Positions 18,739 through 29,263 of a DNA stretch of 64,000 nt are shown here, piece after piece. Position 1 is the first letter of the stretch. Each line of letters starts with the position of its first letter. This stretch comes from Methanobacteriota archaeon. Its GTDB lineage: Archaea; Thermoplasmatota; Thermoplasmata; SG8-5; JAGLSY01. A program made the position numbers and the translations under genes. The DNA lies in contig JAEHCO010000001.1 of NCBI GenBank assembly GCA_020697715.1, forward strand, positions 384,001 to 448,000, read 5' to 3'. The notes under the pieces were generated by a model. It had not been told where the DNA came from. It saw only the letters and a program-made list of their open reading frames with translations, and did no database searches.

Positions 18739-19356
18739 CTACGGTATCCCGCAAAACTCTTCCAGACTGCTGGCCAGCATCACCTTGCTGACCATTTTCT
18801 GATTTCCCAGAGTGTCAAAAGGCTTGTCCCCATAATCATGGCCAGGATACACGATGAGATGGTCTGGTAGTGTCTTTATTTTATCATTTATGGAGGCGTA
18901 CATCACCTCGCAGGAACCGTCCGGGAGATCCACCCTGCCGCAATCACCTATAAAAAGAGTGTCGCCAGTCAGTAGGAATTTGTCATCCACCAGGAGGCAT
19001 ATCCCGCCCCTGGTGTGGCCGGGAGTGTGAATTATCTTGATCTCCACATCACCTATATTCAATATCTGGCCATCCTGTAAAGTGACATCCGCGCCCCCTT
19101 TGATCTTGGGAGCGTCCAGCTCGTGGGCCAGTATCTGAGGTGAGAATAATTTTTTCACCGAATCATTGGCCGCGGTATGATCCGCGTGATGGTGGGTGTT
19201 GATGATATAGGAAAGGTCGAGCCCCAGATCGGAAAGGCGCTTTAATGATCCAGCGGCACTGAATCCAGGGTCTACGAGGGCGGCTTCCTTCTCGCCCTCG
19301 GAATATATTAGATAAGAAAAATTGTCACGGCCAGTCAATATCTGTTCCACAGTCAT
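18739..19356 (-). CDS. MBL-fold hydrolase (glyoxalase II-like)
   Basis: THHHADH, HTPGHT, TGDTLF, YPGHDY. Confidence 0.94.
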   Translation of the reverse strand: MTVEQILTGRDNFSYLIYSEGEKEAALVDPGFSAAGSLKRLSDLGLDLSYIINTHHHADHTAANDSVKKLFSPQILAHELDAPKIKGGADVTLQDGQILNIGDVEIKIIHTPGHTRGGICLLVDDKFLLTGDTLFIGDCGRVDLPDGSCEVMYASINDKIKTLPDHLIVYPGHDYGDKPFDTLGNQKMVSKVMLASSLEEFCGIP

Positions 19357-19379
19357 GCGAGTATAATGGTGGACATTGT

Positions 19380-20387
19380 TTATATTTTCTTGCGGTGTTT
19401 GTCATTGTTGGCTGCTTTTCCCAAAAGCTGGGAGATCAGCATACCAGCCAGCATCAGGCCAGCTCCCGTCATGCCTCTTGGTGAAAGGACCTCGCCAAGA
19501 ATGAGCCAACCACCGATAGCGGCGAAAACAGCTTCCAGGCTGAGGATGATGGCCGCGTGAGCTGGATGGGCTTTCTTCTGCGCGAACACCTGGAGGGTGT
19601 AGGCAATTCCTACAGAGATCGCGCCCCCGTAAAGGATGGGGACCGCGGCCTTGGCGATACTGGATATCAGGATGGTCTCAGTTGCCAGGGCGACCAGCGT
19701 GCTGAGGAGCGCGCATATCGCGAATTGGGTTATGGCCAGCTTGATCGCATTGATACGCGGTGAGAGATGACTGATGATCAACACATGGGCGGCCCAGAAG
19801 ACCGCTCCGAGAAGCACCAGAAGGTCGCCCCAGGCGATATTGAAGCCTTCTGTCACGCTGAGTAGATACAGACCCAGTGCTGCCAGTATTGCCCCGATAA
19901 AGGTCCCTATGCTGGTTTTTCTTCCCAACGCGATGCCCATGATCGGCACTATCACGACATACAGTCCCGTGATGAAGCCCGCGTTTCCAGCAGTCGTGTG
20001 CACGATGCCCATCTGCTGCAATGACGCCCCCATGAAAAGCACCAGGCCGAGAAGGATACTGCCCATGATGACACCTATCTTGTTCCTGGCGAAGGATCGT
20101 CTATCTGGTGGTAATATTTGCCTGGCAGATCGCTTTTTTCGAGGGGATAGTAATAAAAATGGCAGAAGAACAGCAGCACCCAGTGCGAAGCGGATGCCAT
20201 TGAAAGTGAAGGGGCCGACATGTTCCATCCCCATCCTCTGGGCTACAAAGGCGAATCCCCAAATTCCAGCTGTCAGAAGGAGCATGACATCTGATAAATT
20301 GTTACCTTTTTTTGGACTGTGCTTGGACTTCATCAATACGCACCTCATGCTGCTGGCTATACCCTGTGCCATTGACTCCAATGACAT
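19380..20387 (-). CDS. EamA/DMT family transporter
   Basis: IWGFAFVAQR, two EamA repeats; true start probably near 20300. Confidence 0.92.
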   Translation of the reverse strand: MSLESMAQGIASSMRCVLMKSKHSPKKGNNLSDVMLLLTAGIWGFAFVAQRMGMEHVGPFTFNGIRFALGAAVLLPFLLLSPRKKRSARQILPPDRRSFARNKIGVIMGSILLGLVLFMGASLQQMGIVHTTAGNAGFITGLYVVIVPIMGIALGRKTSIGTFIGAILAALGLYLLSVTEGFNIAWGDLLVLLGAVFWAAHVLIISHLSPRINAIKLAITQFAICALLSTLVALATETILISSIAKAAVPILYGGAISVGIAYTLQVFAQKKAHPAHAAIILSLEAVFAAIGGWLILGEVLSPRGMTGAGLMLAGMLISQLLGKAANNDKHRKKI

Positions 20388-20511
20388 GCGGGCATATATT
20401 GTTTATTGAATCCTCTCTAAGCCCAATACTTCAGGATTGGGGAGCCCTCATTGGGAAAAATCCTAATATCGCATGCGGCATATTGCGAATGTCGAATGGA
20501 GAACGAGTGTG

Positions 20512-21270
20512 ATGACTGGAGAACAGATCGAAGGAAATATTTTCGATATCAAGAGATATGCCATCCATGACGGGCCAGGCATTCGTGTTACCGTGTTCTT
20601 GCAAGGTTGTCCGTTGGACTGCTGGTGGTGCCACAATCCGGAAGGAATTGGGCCGTCATCTGATGGTGGAAGAAAGATCACTATCAAGGAGCTCATGGAA
20701 GAAGTGGAAAAGGATACGATATTCATGGACGAATCCGGAGGTGGAGTAACTTTCTCCGGAGGCGAGCCACTAATGCAATCTGATTTCCTGATCCTAGCTC
20801 TGAAAGAATGTGGAGAAAGATATATTCACAGGACGCTGGACACTTCGGGTTACGCAAAACCCGAAGTCTTCGCCAGCGTGTTGGAACATGTGGATATGGT
20901 ATTATTTGACCTGAAGTTGGCCGACCCTGCAAAACATTCTCGATATGCTGGCCATACCAATGATCTTATTCTGGAGAACCTGAGAGCTTTAGACAGTAGT
21001 GAGGTGGAGACTATGATTCGACTACCTATCATTCCAGGTATCACGGATACTGAAGAAAACATACTGGCGATTGCCGAAATCGTATCTGGATTAGGGAGGC
21101 TGGATACCATTGAACTACTGCCATATCATGCCACGGCCAGAGCGAAATACGATAGGCTGGGTATCGAGTTCCGTATGGGTGATGTCGTGCCTGTGAGTGA
21201 GCGGGATTTGGTATCAATTAAATATACTATGGAGAGCATGGGGATCAAAGTGATTGGAGGACCGGAATGA
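20512..21270 (+). CDS. glycyl-radical enzyme activating protein (radical SAM)
   Basis: HDGPGIRVTVFLQGCPLDCWWCHNPE, SGGEP, LLPYH; no ferredoxin insert. Confidence 0.95.
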   Translation: MTGEQIEGNIFDIKRYAIHDGPGIRVTVFLQGCPLDCWWCHNPEGIGPSSDGGRKITIKELMEEVEKDTIFMDESGGGVTFSGGEPLMQSDFLILALKECGERYIHRTLDTSGYAKPEVFASVLEHVDMVLFDLKLADPAKHSRYAGHTNDLILENLRALDSSEVETMIRLPIIPGITDTEENILAIAEIVSGLGRLDTIELLPYHATARAKYDRLGIEFRMGDVVPVSERDLVSIKYTMESMGIKVIGGPE

Positions 21271-23627
21271 ACTCTCGTATCCAGAAGCTCAGGGAAGATA
21301 GCATATCGGCTGTTCCAGAGGTATCGGTGGAGCGAGCTGTCCTTGTAACTGAGTATTATAAGAGCGTGCAAGGGCAGGATATTCCAATCCCCATAAAGAG
21401 AGCCAGTGCCTTCAAACACATTATGATGAATAAGGAATTGTGCATATTGGATGGAGAGATCATTGTGGGCGAGAGAGGGCCGTCACCCAAGGCCACTCCC
21501 ACATACCCAGAGATCTGCATCCATTCTCTGGATGACCTTCAAGTACTGGATACCAGGCTGAAGATACCGTATAAAGTATCTTCAGAAGTGAGGGATATCT
21601 ATGAAAGAGAGATCATCCCATTCTGGAAAGGTAAGTCACAAAGAGAGATCATCTTCAAGAACATGAAAGATGATTGGCTGGCAGCATATGAGGCGGGTGT
21701 TTTCACAGAGTTCATGGAACAAAGACCTCCAGGGCACACGGCGCTTGATGATAAAATATACAAAAAAGGATTTTTGGATATTCAGAAAGATATCCAAGCC
21801 AGTATTGAAAATATTGATGATAATGATCCTGAGGCGCGTGGAAAGAAGAACGAGCTGGAGGCCATGCGGATAAGTCTCGATGCCCTGATCGGCTTCGCAG
21901 AGCGGCACGCGGAAAGATTGGAAGAGATGGCGCGCGTGGAACCAGATGCTGATAGGAGGGGGGAGATCGAGGATATGGCACGCGTATGTCGCCGCGTGCC
22001 AGCAAATGCCCCTGAGAGCTTCTGGGAGGCCATCCAGTATTATTGGTTCGTCCATATCGGTATCATCACCGAGGTCAATCCCTGGGATGCTTTCAATCCA
22101 GGAAGACTGGATCAACATCTTTATCCATTTTACAAGCGAGAGATAGAAGCTGGAACATTGACCGAAGAGAGGGCGAAAGAACTTCTCCAAGCTCTTTGGA
22201 TCAAGTTCAATGATCATCCAGCTCCTCCGAAGGTCGGCGTCACTTCCAAGGAAAGCAACACTTACACGGACTTCGCCCTTATCAATCTTGGTGGATTGAA
22301 GGAAGATGGCTCAGATGCGGTGAACGACCTGAGCTACCTGATACTGGACGTCATTGGCGAGATGCGTATGATCCAACCCAGTTCCATGGTCCAGCTTAGC
22401 AAGAAGAATCCAGATAGGTTCATCAAACACGCGATCCAGATCATTCGATCTGGATTCGGACAACCGTCGGTATTCAATACCGATGCCATTGTTCAGGAAT
22501 TGATACTTCAAGGTAAGAAGCTGGAGGACGCGCGAGCTGGTGGAGCCAGTGGCTGCGTGGAGAGCGGAGCCTTCGGCAAAGAAGCTTACATACTCACTGG
22601 CTATTTCAATATCCCAAAGGTTCTGGAGATCACACTCAATAATGGCCAAGACCCACGCACTGGAAAGATCGTGGGTGTGGAAACTGGCGATCCATCTGAA
22701 TTCAATTCCTTCGATCAGCTCTACGAAGCTTTCGAGAAACAAATGAAATATTTCATAGATATCAAGATCATTGGGAACAATATCATTGACAAGCTGTACG
22801 CTGGACATCTGCCAGTTCCCTTCTTATCCACCATGATAGATGATTGCATATCCGAAGGAAAGGATTATCATGATGGGGGTGCGAGATACAATACCAGCTA
22901 CATCCAGGGTGTGGGTTTGGGAAGTATAACCGATTCCTTAGTTGCGATCAAACATAATGTGTTTGATGAAAAAAGTGCGACCATGGCCGAGTTCCAGAAG
23001 GCACTGGCTCAGGACTTTGATGGTTCTCCAGAATTGCATCATACAGTTATGGCGAACACACCGAAATACGGCAATGATGATGATCGAGCCGATGATATAA
23101 TGAAAAGAGTCTTCAACACCTATTATAGGCTGATAGATGGCCGACCGAATTCCAGAGGCGGCCAGCATAGGATCAATCTTCTTCCCACGACCGTCCATAT
23201 CTACTTCGGCAATGTGATCGGTGCCTTACCAGATGGTAGAAAGGCTGGCCAGCCATTGTCCGAGGGTGTGTCCCCCGTACAGGGGGCGGACAGGAATGGG
23301 CCTACCTCGGTACTGCGATCTGCTGGCAAGATAGATCATATAAGAACTGGTGGCACTCTTTTGAACCAGAAATTCACTCCACAATTACTCGCTGATCAAG
23401 CCGGGAGAAACAAGCTGGCACATCTCATCAGAGGATATTTCAAAATGGACGGCCACCATATTCAATTCAATGTAGTCAGCGCTGAAACTCTCAGGAAAGC
23501 GCAGAAAGAGCCGGATAAACACCGTGATCTGATCGTCAGGGTGGCTGGCTATAGTGATTATTTTGTGGATCTGACACCCGAACTTCAAGAAGAGATCATC
23601 AAGAGGACGGAACATATCGAACTCTGA
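21267..23627 (+). CDS. hypD: glycyl radical enzyme, trans-4-hydroxy-L-proline dehydratase type
   Basis: FTEFMEQRPPGH, NPWDAFNPGRLDQ, KES.TYTDF, SGCVE, LTGY, LPTT, RVAGYS. Confidence 0.85.
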   Translation: MNSRIQKLREDSISAVPEVSVERAVLVTEYYKSVQGQDIPIPIKRASAFKHIMMNKELCILDGEIIVGERGPSPKATPTYPEICIHSLDDLQVLDTRLKIPYKVSSEVRDIYEREIIPFWKGKSQREIIFKNMKDDWLAAYEAGVFTEFMEQRPPGHTALDDKIYKKGFLDIQKDIQASIENIDDNDPEARGKKNELEAMRISLDALIGFAERHAERLEEMARVEPDADRRGEIEDMARVCRRVPANAPESFWEAIQYYWFVHIGIITEVNPWDAFNPGRLDQHLYPFYKREIEAGTLTEERAKELLQALWIKFNDHPAPPKVGVTSKESNTYTDFALINLGGLKEDGSDAVNDLSYLILDVIGEMRMIQPSSMVQLSKKNPDRFIKHAIQIIRSGFGQPSVFNTDAIVQELILQGKKLEDARAGGASGCVESGAFGKEAYILTGYFNIPKVLEITLNNGQDPRTGKIVGVETGDPSEFNSFDQLYEAFEKQMKYFIDIKIIGNNIIDKLYAGHLPVPFLSTMIDDCISEGKDYHDGGARYNTSYIQGVGLGSITDSLVAIKHNVFDEKSATMAEFQKALAQDFDGSPELHHTVMANTPKYGNDDDRADDIMKRVFNTYYRLIDGRPNSRGGQHRINLLPTTVHIYFGNVIGALPDGRKAGQPLSEGVSPVQGADRNGPTSVLRSAGKIDHIRTGGTLLNQKFTPQLLADQAGRNKLAHLIRGYFKMDGHHIQFNVVSAETLRKAQKEPDKHRDLIVRVAGYSDYFVDLTPELQEEIIKRTEHIEL

Positions 23628-23705
23628 ATTTTGACTAGAGAGTGGCTGGAGCAAAAAAACTTAAAACCGTTAATCCAATGACCGAGCATCAAATGGTATG
23701 GGATC

Positions 23706-25559
23706 ATGATTGACTCGAACAAATACAAAACAGCAACATCATATCAACTTTCAGCATTGCGTAGATATCCTGGATTGACCATATTCGCCTTCGGGTTGGC
23801 TATCTTCGCTTCCTTTGTGACAACCCTATCATCCTGGGTCCTGGGTGATGCCATGGACCACCTGAAATTCGCCGTGGATAATGATCTTGGACTTACTCCG
23901 GAATTCATTGGCTCCTGCTGGTTGATCTTTGGACTGGCCCTTCTTCTTTTCATCACATACATCGTGGTCGGTTTCTCTTTTGCCATAATGACACTGAGAT
24001 GGGAAAGGGATGCTAGACAGGAATTCTTCGAGACCATTCAGAACAATAGCATGACCTTCCATGATCAGATCGACAGCAAGAAGATGCTGGCTGTCGCGAT
24101 GCAGGATATAAGGTGGGTGAGATTCTCACTCAACCCTGCCCTTCGTAATATCATCATGTCTATTGGCTCATTGATCATTGCCTCGATACTTTTGGCTTGG
24201 ATAGATATCCAGGAGGGTTTGTTTCCAGTACTGGGTATTATCGTGGCAGTGGGCTCGCCTCTCTATCTATTCTTCGCCTACAGATATGCTGTTTCCATAG
24301 AGCCAGTTCGAAGGGAGCGATCTGAACAGAATGAGCGGCTCACTGCGGTTAGCCAGGAGGTCTTTCGAGGCATCGAGGTGGTCAGGGCATTTGGAGCAGA
24401 CGACCAAGAGATCGGAAAATTCAGAGATGTATCAAAGGAATATGAGAGATTGTTGACCAAAGAAGGAAGACTGGCTGCCTTCTATATCCCTAATATGATA
24501 TTGACATTCACCACCGCTGCGGCCTTTTTATACTGTGCTAATCAGGTCATCCTTGGTGTTTTTCCAATTGGCACTTTGGTAAAGGCAATTGCCTTGCTGG
24601 CAGTTGTCGATGGTTTCAGCCATATGCTTCCAAGGTTCCTGCTGGTCATTCGCGGTGGGCATGTGAATGCCCAAAGGATAGTGGATATTCTGAACTGGGA
24701 TGATCCATTCAAAGAGCCTGTCTCTCCCATCAAGGACATTGACTGGGGAGGGGATATCGTTCTCGAGGATGTTGATTTCAAATACACCTCGGAAAATGGA
24801 AAGGAAGGACCAAATGCCCTGCGTGGGCTGAACCTCACCATACCTGGAGGATCCAGAGTGGCACTTATTGGTGGGCCAGGAAGTGGTAAGAGTACCTTGC
24901 TCAAACTACTGCTCAGACTATATGATCCGACCGATGGGAAGATATTGATCGGGGACACAGACCTGGATAATATATGCACCAGGGATGCCAGAGAGGCGAT
25001 CGGCCTGGTCGAGCAAAATATATTCCTATTCAGGAGAAGTGTGAAGGATAATATCGGCTTCGGGAAAGTGGATGCAACCCAGGAGGAAGTTGAGGAGGCC
25101 GCTGAAAGAGCACAGGCCATCGAGTTTATAAATGAACTCGATGACGGATATGATACTATCATCGGTGAGAGAGGGATGACATTGAGTGGGGGTCAAAGAC
25201 AGAGACTGGCAATTGCCAGAACCCTTCTGCAGGACCCGAAGATACTGCTACTTGATGATTCTGTGAGTGCCATCGATGCAAGGACGGAGTTCCAACTTCG
25301 AAAGGCACTGGATGAGGTGATGAAAGGAAGGACGAGCATCACCGTGACCCAGAGATTGAGAACCTTATTGGAGGCCGATATGATCATAATCATGGAAAAA
25401 GGCAGCATCGTGGCTGTCGGGAACCATGATGAATTGATCAGATCCTCAGAGCATTACAAAAGGATATTCAGAAGGCTGCCAGGAGCGGAGCGGTTCTTTC
25501 ATCAAGATGAAAAATCCGACATGCCAGTTCATTCTGACGAAAGTGGAGGTGGTGCCTGA
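23706..25559 (+). CDS. heterodimeric ABC exporter subunit (degenerate catalytic site)
   Basis: TMD plus NBD; GGPGSGKS, LSGGQRQ, Walker B LLLDD (E to D), VTQR (H to Q). Confidence 0.93.
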   Translation: MIDSNKYKTATSYQLSALRRYPGLTIFAFGLAIFASFVTTLSSWVLGDAMDHLKFAVDNDLGLTPEFIGSCWLIFGLALLLFITYIVVGFSFAIMTLRWERDARQEFFETIQNNSMTFHDQIDSKKMLAVAMQDIRWVRFSLNPALRNIIMSIGSLIIASILLAWIDIQEGLFPVLGIIVAVGSPLYLFFAYRYAVSIEPVRRERSEQNERLTAVSQEVFRGIEVVRAFGADDQEIGKFRDVSKEYERLLTKEGRLAAFYIPNMILTFTTAAAFLYCANQVILGVFPIGTLVKAIALLAVVDGFSHMLPRFLLVIRGGHVNAQRIVDILNWDDPFKEPVSPIKDIDWGGDIVLEDVDFKYTSENGKEGPNALRGLNLTIPGGSRVALIGGPGSGKSTLLKLLLRLYDPTDGKILIGDTDLDNICTRDAREAIGLVEQNIFLFRRSVKDNIGFGKVDATQEEVEEAAERAQAIEFINELDDGYDTIIGERGMTLSGGQRQRLAIARTLLQDPKILLLDDSVSAIDARTEFQLRKALDEVMKGRTSITVTQRLRTLLEADMIIIMEKGSIVAVGNHDELIRSSEHYKRIFRRLPGAERFFHQDEKSDMPVHSDESGGGA

Positions 25560-27490
25560 TGGCGGCACCTAGAGGGCCAGCCCTTATGATGGAGAAGGAG
25601 AAGCTAAGCAGGCCATTTGGAGTTCTGATACGGGCTATGTTCGGTTATCTGGGTAAGTTCAAACGCATCATCTATATCGGTGCCTGTTTATCCATCCTCG
25701 CCACGATATTCATGGCCATAAATCCACTTGTCCTGTCCTGGGGCATAGACCTTGTGCTCGAGCCTGGAACGAACTTCGATAGCATAATCATGCTGGCTCT
25801 TCTCTATACGGGACTCAAGGTGACCGGTTGGCTTCTGGGATCGATAAATACCTGGATATTTTCTGGAGCACAGGCAGGATTCGTCCAATCTCTGCAGCAA
25901 GATGTTTACAGCAAGCTCATAAAGGCTGACCTTTCATATCATAAAGGCGAGCAGAGTGGCGATGTGACCTCCAGAGTCACATCGGATACTGATTCCATGG
26001 CAATGGGCATTCAGATAATCATAGACCTGGCAAGCCAAATACTTCTGGTAATAGCCACCTTCATCTTGATGTGGATGGCCTCACCCTTTATCGCAATGGC
26101 CGCTCTTGTCGTGATACCGGTCGTGATCCTGATAGTCATCATATTCGGAACTGTGGGCCAGCGCATAATGTTAGCCACCCATCGTGCAGCGGGTAAGGTA
26201 TCCGGCCAGATAGCGGAGAACCTTGGCGGGGTGCATGTCGCCAAGGCTTTCAACCGAGAGAATGAGACCGCTGCCATACTAAGTGAATTGAACCAAGAAT
26301 CATACCGCCATGGTTTCAATTTCATGATGTTGATGACCTTGATGCAACCTATGGTTAGAGCGACTGGCATAGCGGCAATGTCGCTCATACTCTTTGTCGG
26401 TGGTGGCCTGATCGTAGGAAGTGATCCAGTACTTACATTGGGTGAGGTCTTCCTGGGAACTATCCTTATCCAGCGTTTCTTCCATCCCCTTTTGATGCTG
26501 AGCATGAACGCCACCCAGTTCCAGGCCTCATTGGCCTCCATGGATAGGCTAATGGATGTTCTGGATAATGAGCCGGGTGTTAAGAATAAAGATGGGGCGA
26601 TCGCCCTTAGGCCAGATAGTGATGGTATAGAGTTCGACAAGGTCTCCTTCTCATATCTAGAAGGCAGTGAGGTATTGAAGGACGTGAGCTTCAAAATAGA
26701 GGCAGGGGAGATGGTGGCCATAGTGGGTCATACAGGCGCGGGTAAAAGCACCATAGCGGCCCTTCTGAATAGATTCTATGATCCGCAGAAGGGAAGCATT
26801 AGGATCGGTCGACAGGATCTTAAAGACATCACTCTGGAGTCCCTCCATGATGATCTGTCTCTCATAGCTCAGGAACCATACCTGTTCAATGGCACGATAA
26901 TGGATAATATCAGATACGGGAGGCCTACAGCCAGTGATGGGGAGGTCATGGAAATGTGTAAGATGATCGGAGCTAATGAGTTCATCGAAGTTCTGCCAGA
27001 AGCCTATTCCTCTATCATTATTGAAGAGGGAAAGAACCTGAGTGCGGGTCAGGTACAGATGATCTCCATCGCGAGAACCATGTTGGCCGATCCTAGAATC
27101 CTGATACTTGATGAGGCAACAAGTCGACTGGATGCATATTCCGAATCCCTGGTCCAGGATGCGCAGGACAAACTTTTCGAGAAGCGGACCACGGTGGTCA
27201 TCGCCCATCGCCTGACCACCATTACCAAGGCCTCGAGGATACTGGTCTTCGAGAATGGTTCTCTGGTCGAGCAGGGCTCTCATGAAGAATTGATGAAGGG
27301 GAGGGGGAGATACATGGCTCTTTACAACACGTACTATTCACATCAATCGGCCAGTGAGATCTCGGACGAGGCCGTGATGATGGCCCAGAAAGAGATGGAC
27401 AAGGTTGGGAAGATCACTGATATGAAGCAGGTGGGAAAGGGTGGGGGATCGATGAAAGGGACTGGGTCTGGGCATCATGCTGGTGGTTGA
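25559..27490 (+). CDS. heterodimeric ABC exporter subunit (consensus Walker B/H-loop)
   Basis: GHTGAGKS, altered signature LSAGQ, LILDEATS, IAHRL; TGATG overlap. Confidence 0.93.
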   Translation: MAAPRGPALMMEKEKLSRPFGVLIRAMFGYLGKFKRIIYIGACLSILATIFMAINPLVLSWGIDLVLEPGTNFDSIIMLALLYTGLKVTGWLLGSINTWIFSGAQAGFVQSLQQDVYSKLIKADLSYHKGEQSGDVTSRVTSDTDSMAMGIQIIIDLASQILLVIATFILMWMASPFIAMAALVVIPVVILIVIIFGTVGQRIMLATHRAAGKVSGQIAENLGGVHVAKAFNRENETAAILSELNQESYRHGFNFMMLMTLMQPMVRATGIAAMSLILFVGGGLIVGSDPVLTLGEVFLGTILIQRFFHPLLMLSMNATQFQASLASMDRLMDVLDNEPGVKNKDGAIALRPDSDGIEFDKVSFSYLEGSEVLKDVSFKIEAGEMVAIVGHTGAGKSTIAALLNRFYDPQKGSIRIGRQDLKDITLESLHDDLSLIAQEPYLFNGTIMDNIRYGRPTASDGEVMEMCKMIGANEFIEVLPEAYSSIIIEEGKNLSAGQVQMISIARTMLADPRILILDEATSRLDAYSESLVQDAQDKLFEKRTTVVIAHRLTTITKASRILVFENGSLVEQGSHEELMKGRGRYMALYNTYYSHQSASEISDEAVMMAQKEMDKVGKITDMKQVGKGGGSMKGTGSGHHAGG

Positions 27491-27642
27491 TGATCGATGA
27501 TTGATAAATAAAAAATGAACACATCGAGGTATTCGATTGACCTGTCTGGCTAAAAGCTCAATCAGGGGGTTATATAAATAGAGTTATTACAGACTGCTTA
27601 TTAGGTGTTTCATCCCCCCCATATTTTTTTGATTGTTCCCAA

Positions 27643-28776
27643 TTATTTGTGAGGATAATCGGCTTTTCGGTTTTGGTAAGATAATATCTGAGATTTTTGG
27701 ATCACTCCCTTTTCAATTACCACGGCACGCCGAATGGTTTCATTCTTGCTCCAACTATCCGGCCCCTCAAGAACCGTTTTCAAATACACTATGAGAGCAG
27801 CTGATATTGAACGAGACGCACTCTCCCACAAATAAGATGGTGTATGATCCACACCATAGTAGTCCACATCACCTGCCTTGAACATTGGATCTTTGAATGT
27901 TGTTGGTTTTGCAAAAGGAAAGCCCATGCCTTCATCGCAACTGACATCGATGATAAGACTAGCTGGCTTGAGATAAGACATCTCTTCGGAGGTAACAAAC
28001 ATATATGGAGATTCGGGATCTTGAAAGCTTCCGTTGACAATTATGTCCGCCTCGCTGATCAACTCCTTAAAGGGTCGCCTGCTCCCATCATGTTCAACAG
28101 CCACCAATCTGGCTTCGTTGTCCATACCTTCTTCAATTCTAATATAGTGACAGTCCAAAACCTCTTCTCTAACCTCATGGTCAGGCCTTTGAATACAAAT
28201 GGTAATATCCTTAAAGCCCCGGGCTTTGAGAGCGTAGATAGCCCCTCTGCTGACGGCTCCAAAACTAAAGATAAGGACTTTCCGCTGGTTTCCATAGTGT
28301 CCGTCAATTCCCTTTAATTGCAGAGCATGTATTATTGCGCAGTAGCCAGCGAGTTCATTATTTTTGTAAAATGTGTGGCGTCCGATCTCCCCTTTAGGCC
28401 CCCAGACAAACATCTCTTCAAACGCAATAAGTGTGAGCTTTCGATCGATTGCCAACTGGGTAATTGGGCGTTGTTGAGCACAATGTGGGTACCCCCACAT
28501 GAATCCTCCCTCCTTCATGGTCTCAAGGTCTGATAAAACAGGTTTGGTAATGATCACGTTTCCAATTTCTGACAATAATTGATCCCGCTCCATCGTACTG
28601 CCACTAGATAGTTCAGCAATTTCATCATCCGTCATGTGAAAGGGCTCACCGTAGCCTTGCTCAAATATGAGTTGGCGGCGTATGTTCTCAGGCAGACGCT
28701 TCAGGTGGTCTGGGTGTATTGGCACCCGGTGTTCGTTTTCCTTTTTCGATGTCCCAATAACTCCAATCTTAATCAT
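27643..28776 (-). CDS. N5-(carboxyethyl)ornithine synthase-like, AlaDH/PNT family
   Basis: KENEHRVPIHP, WGYPHCAQ, FYKNNELAGY, SFGAVSRG, IIDVSCD, VDHTPS. Confidence 0.82.
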   Translation of the reverse strand: MIKIGVIGTSKKENEHRVPIHPDHLKRLPENIRRQLIFEQGYGEPFHMTDDEIAELSSGSTMERDQLLSEIGNVIITKPVLSDLETMKEGGFMWGYPHCAQQRPITQLAIDRKLTLIAFEEMFVWGPKGEIGRHTFYKNNELAGYCAIIHALQLKGIDGHYGNQRKVLIFSFGAVSRGAIYALKARGFKDITICIQRPDHEVREEVLDCHYIRIEEGMDNEARLVAVEHDGSRRPFKELISEADIIVNGSFQDPESPYMFVTSEEMSYLKPASLIIDVSCDEGMGFPFAKPTTFKDPMFKAGDVDYYGVDHTPSYLWESASRSISAALIVYLKTVLEGPDSWSKNETIRRAVVIEKGVIQKSQILSYQNRKADYPHK

Positions 28777-28873
28777 GGGCCACCTATAGCCCTTGGGCTT
28801 AAAATACAACAGGGTCATTGAGTTTGATGATTTTGTTTTGCCAAATTCCTTCTGTAGCCAGATAAAGAAAAAA

Positions 28874-28986
28874 TGGACCCATCGGGATTTGAACCCGAGG
28901 CCTCCTGCTGGTTTGGGATTGGACGAATAACGTCATTCGCCCAAACCATGCAAAGCAGGCGATCTTCCAGTCTGATCTATGAGCCC
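28874..28986 (-). tRNA. tRNA-Ala(TGC) with 39-nt canonical intron (28910-28948)
   Basis: GGGCTCA/TGGGTCC with G3:U70; BHB TTTG/CAAA at 37/38. Confidence 0.95.
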
Positions 28987-29149
28987 ATGTCGTGACCCAA
29001 GTTTGATGATTCAAATCCTGAAATGTCAAACTTAGATTATATAGGTCGGAAAATACCCAATGGATAAAACGTTTTCGGATGATTATCAATAAAACATCAA
29101 TAGGTCAACTGTTAAATACAATTTGGAATTACAGGATTAGTGATATTAA

Positions 29150-29249
29150 GGGCGCGTGGCCTAGCCAGGATATGGCGACAGCCTCCTACTCCGACTGCAA
29201 AGTCAGAGGAGCAAGCTGTAAGTCAAGGGTTCGAATCCCTTCGCGCTCG
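29150..29249 (+). tRNA. tRNA-Arg(CCT) with 25-nt canonical intron (29189-29213)
   Basis: GGGCGCG/CGCGCTC, ACAGC/GCTGT stem, BHB CTCC/GGAG, AAGGG-TTCGAAT-CCCTT. Confidence 0.95.
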
Positions 29250-29263
29250 CTTATCTTTTATTT

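Noticed and set aside
23706-27490. Degenerate ABC motifs suggesting pseudogenes
   Set aside because: The pattern matches normal asymmetric heterodimeric exporters (TM287/288 type)
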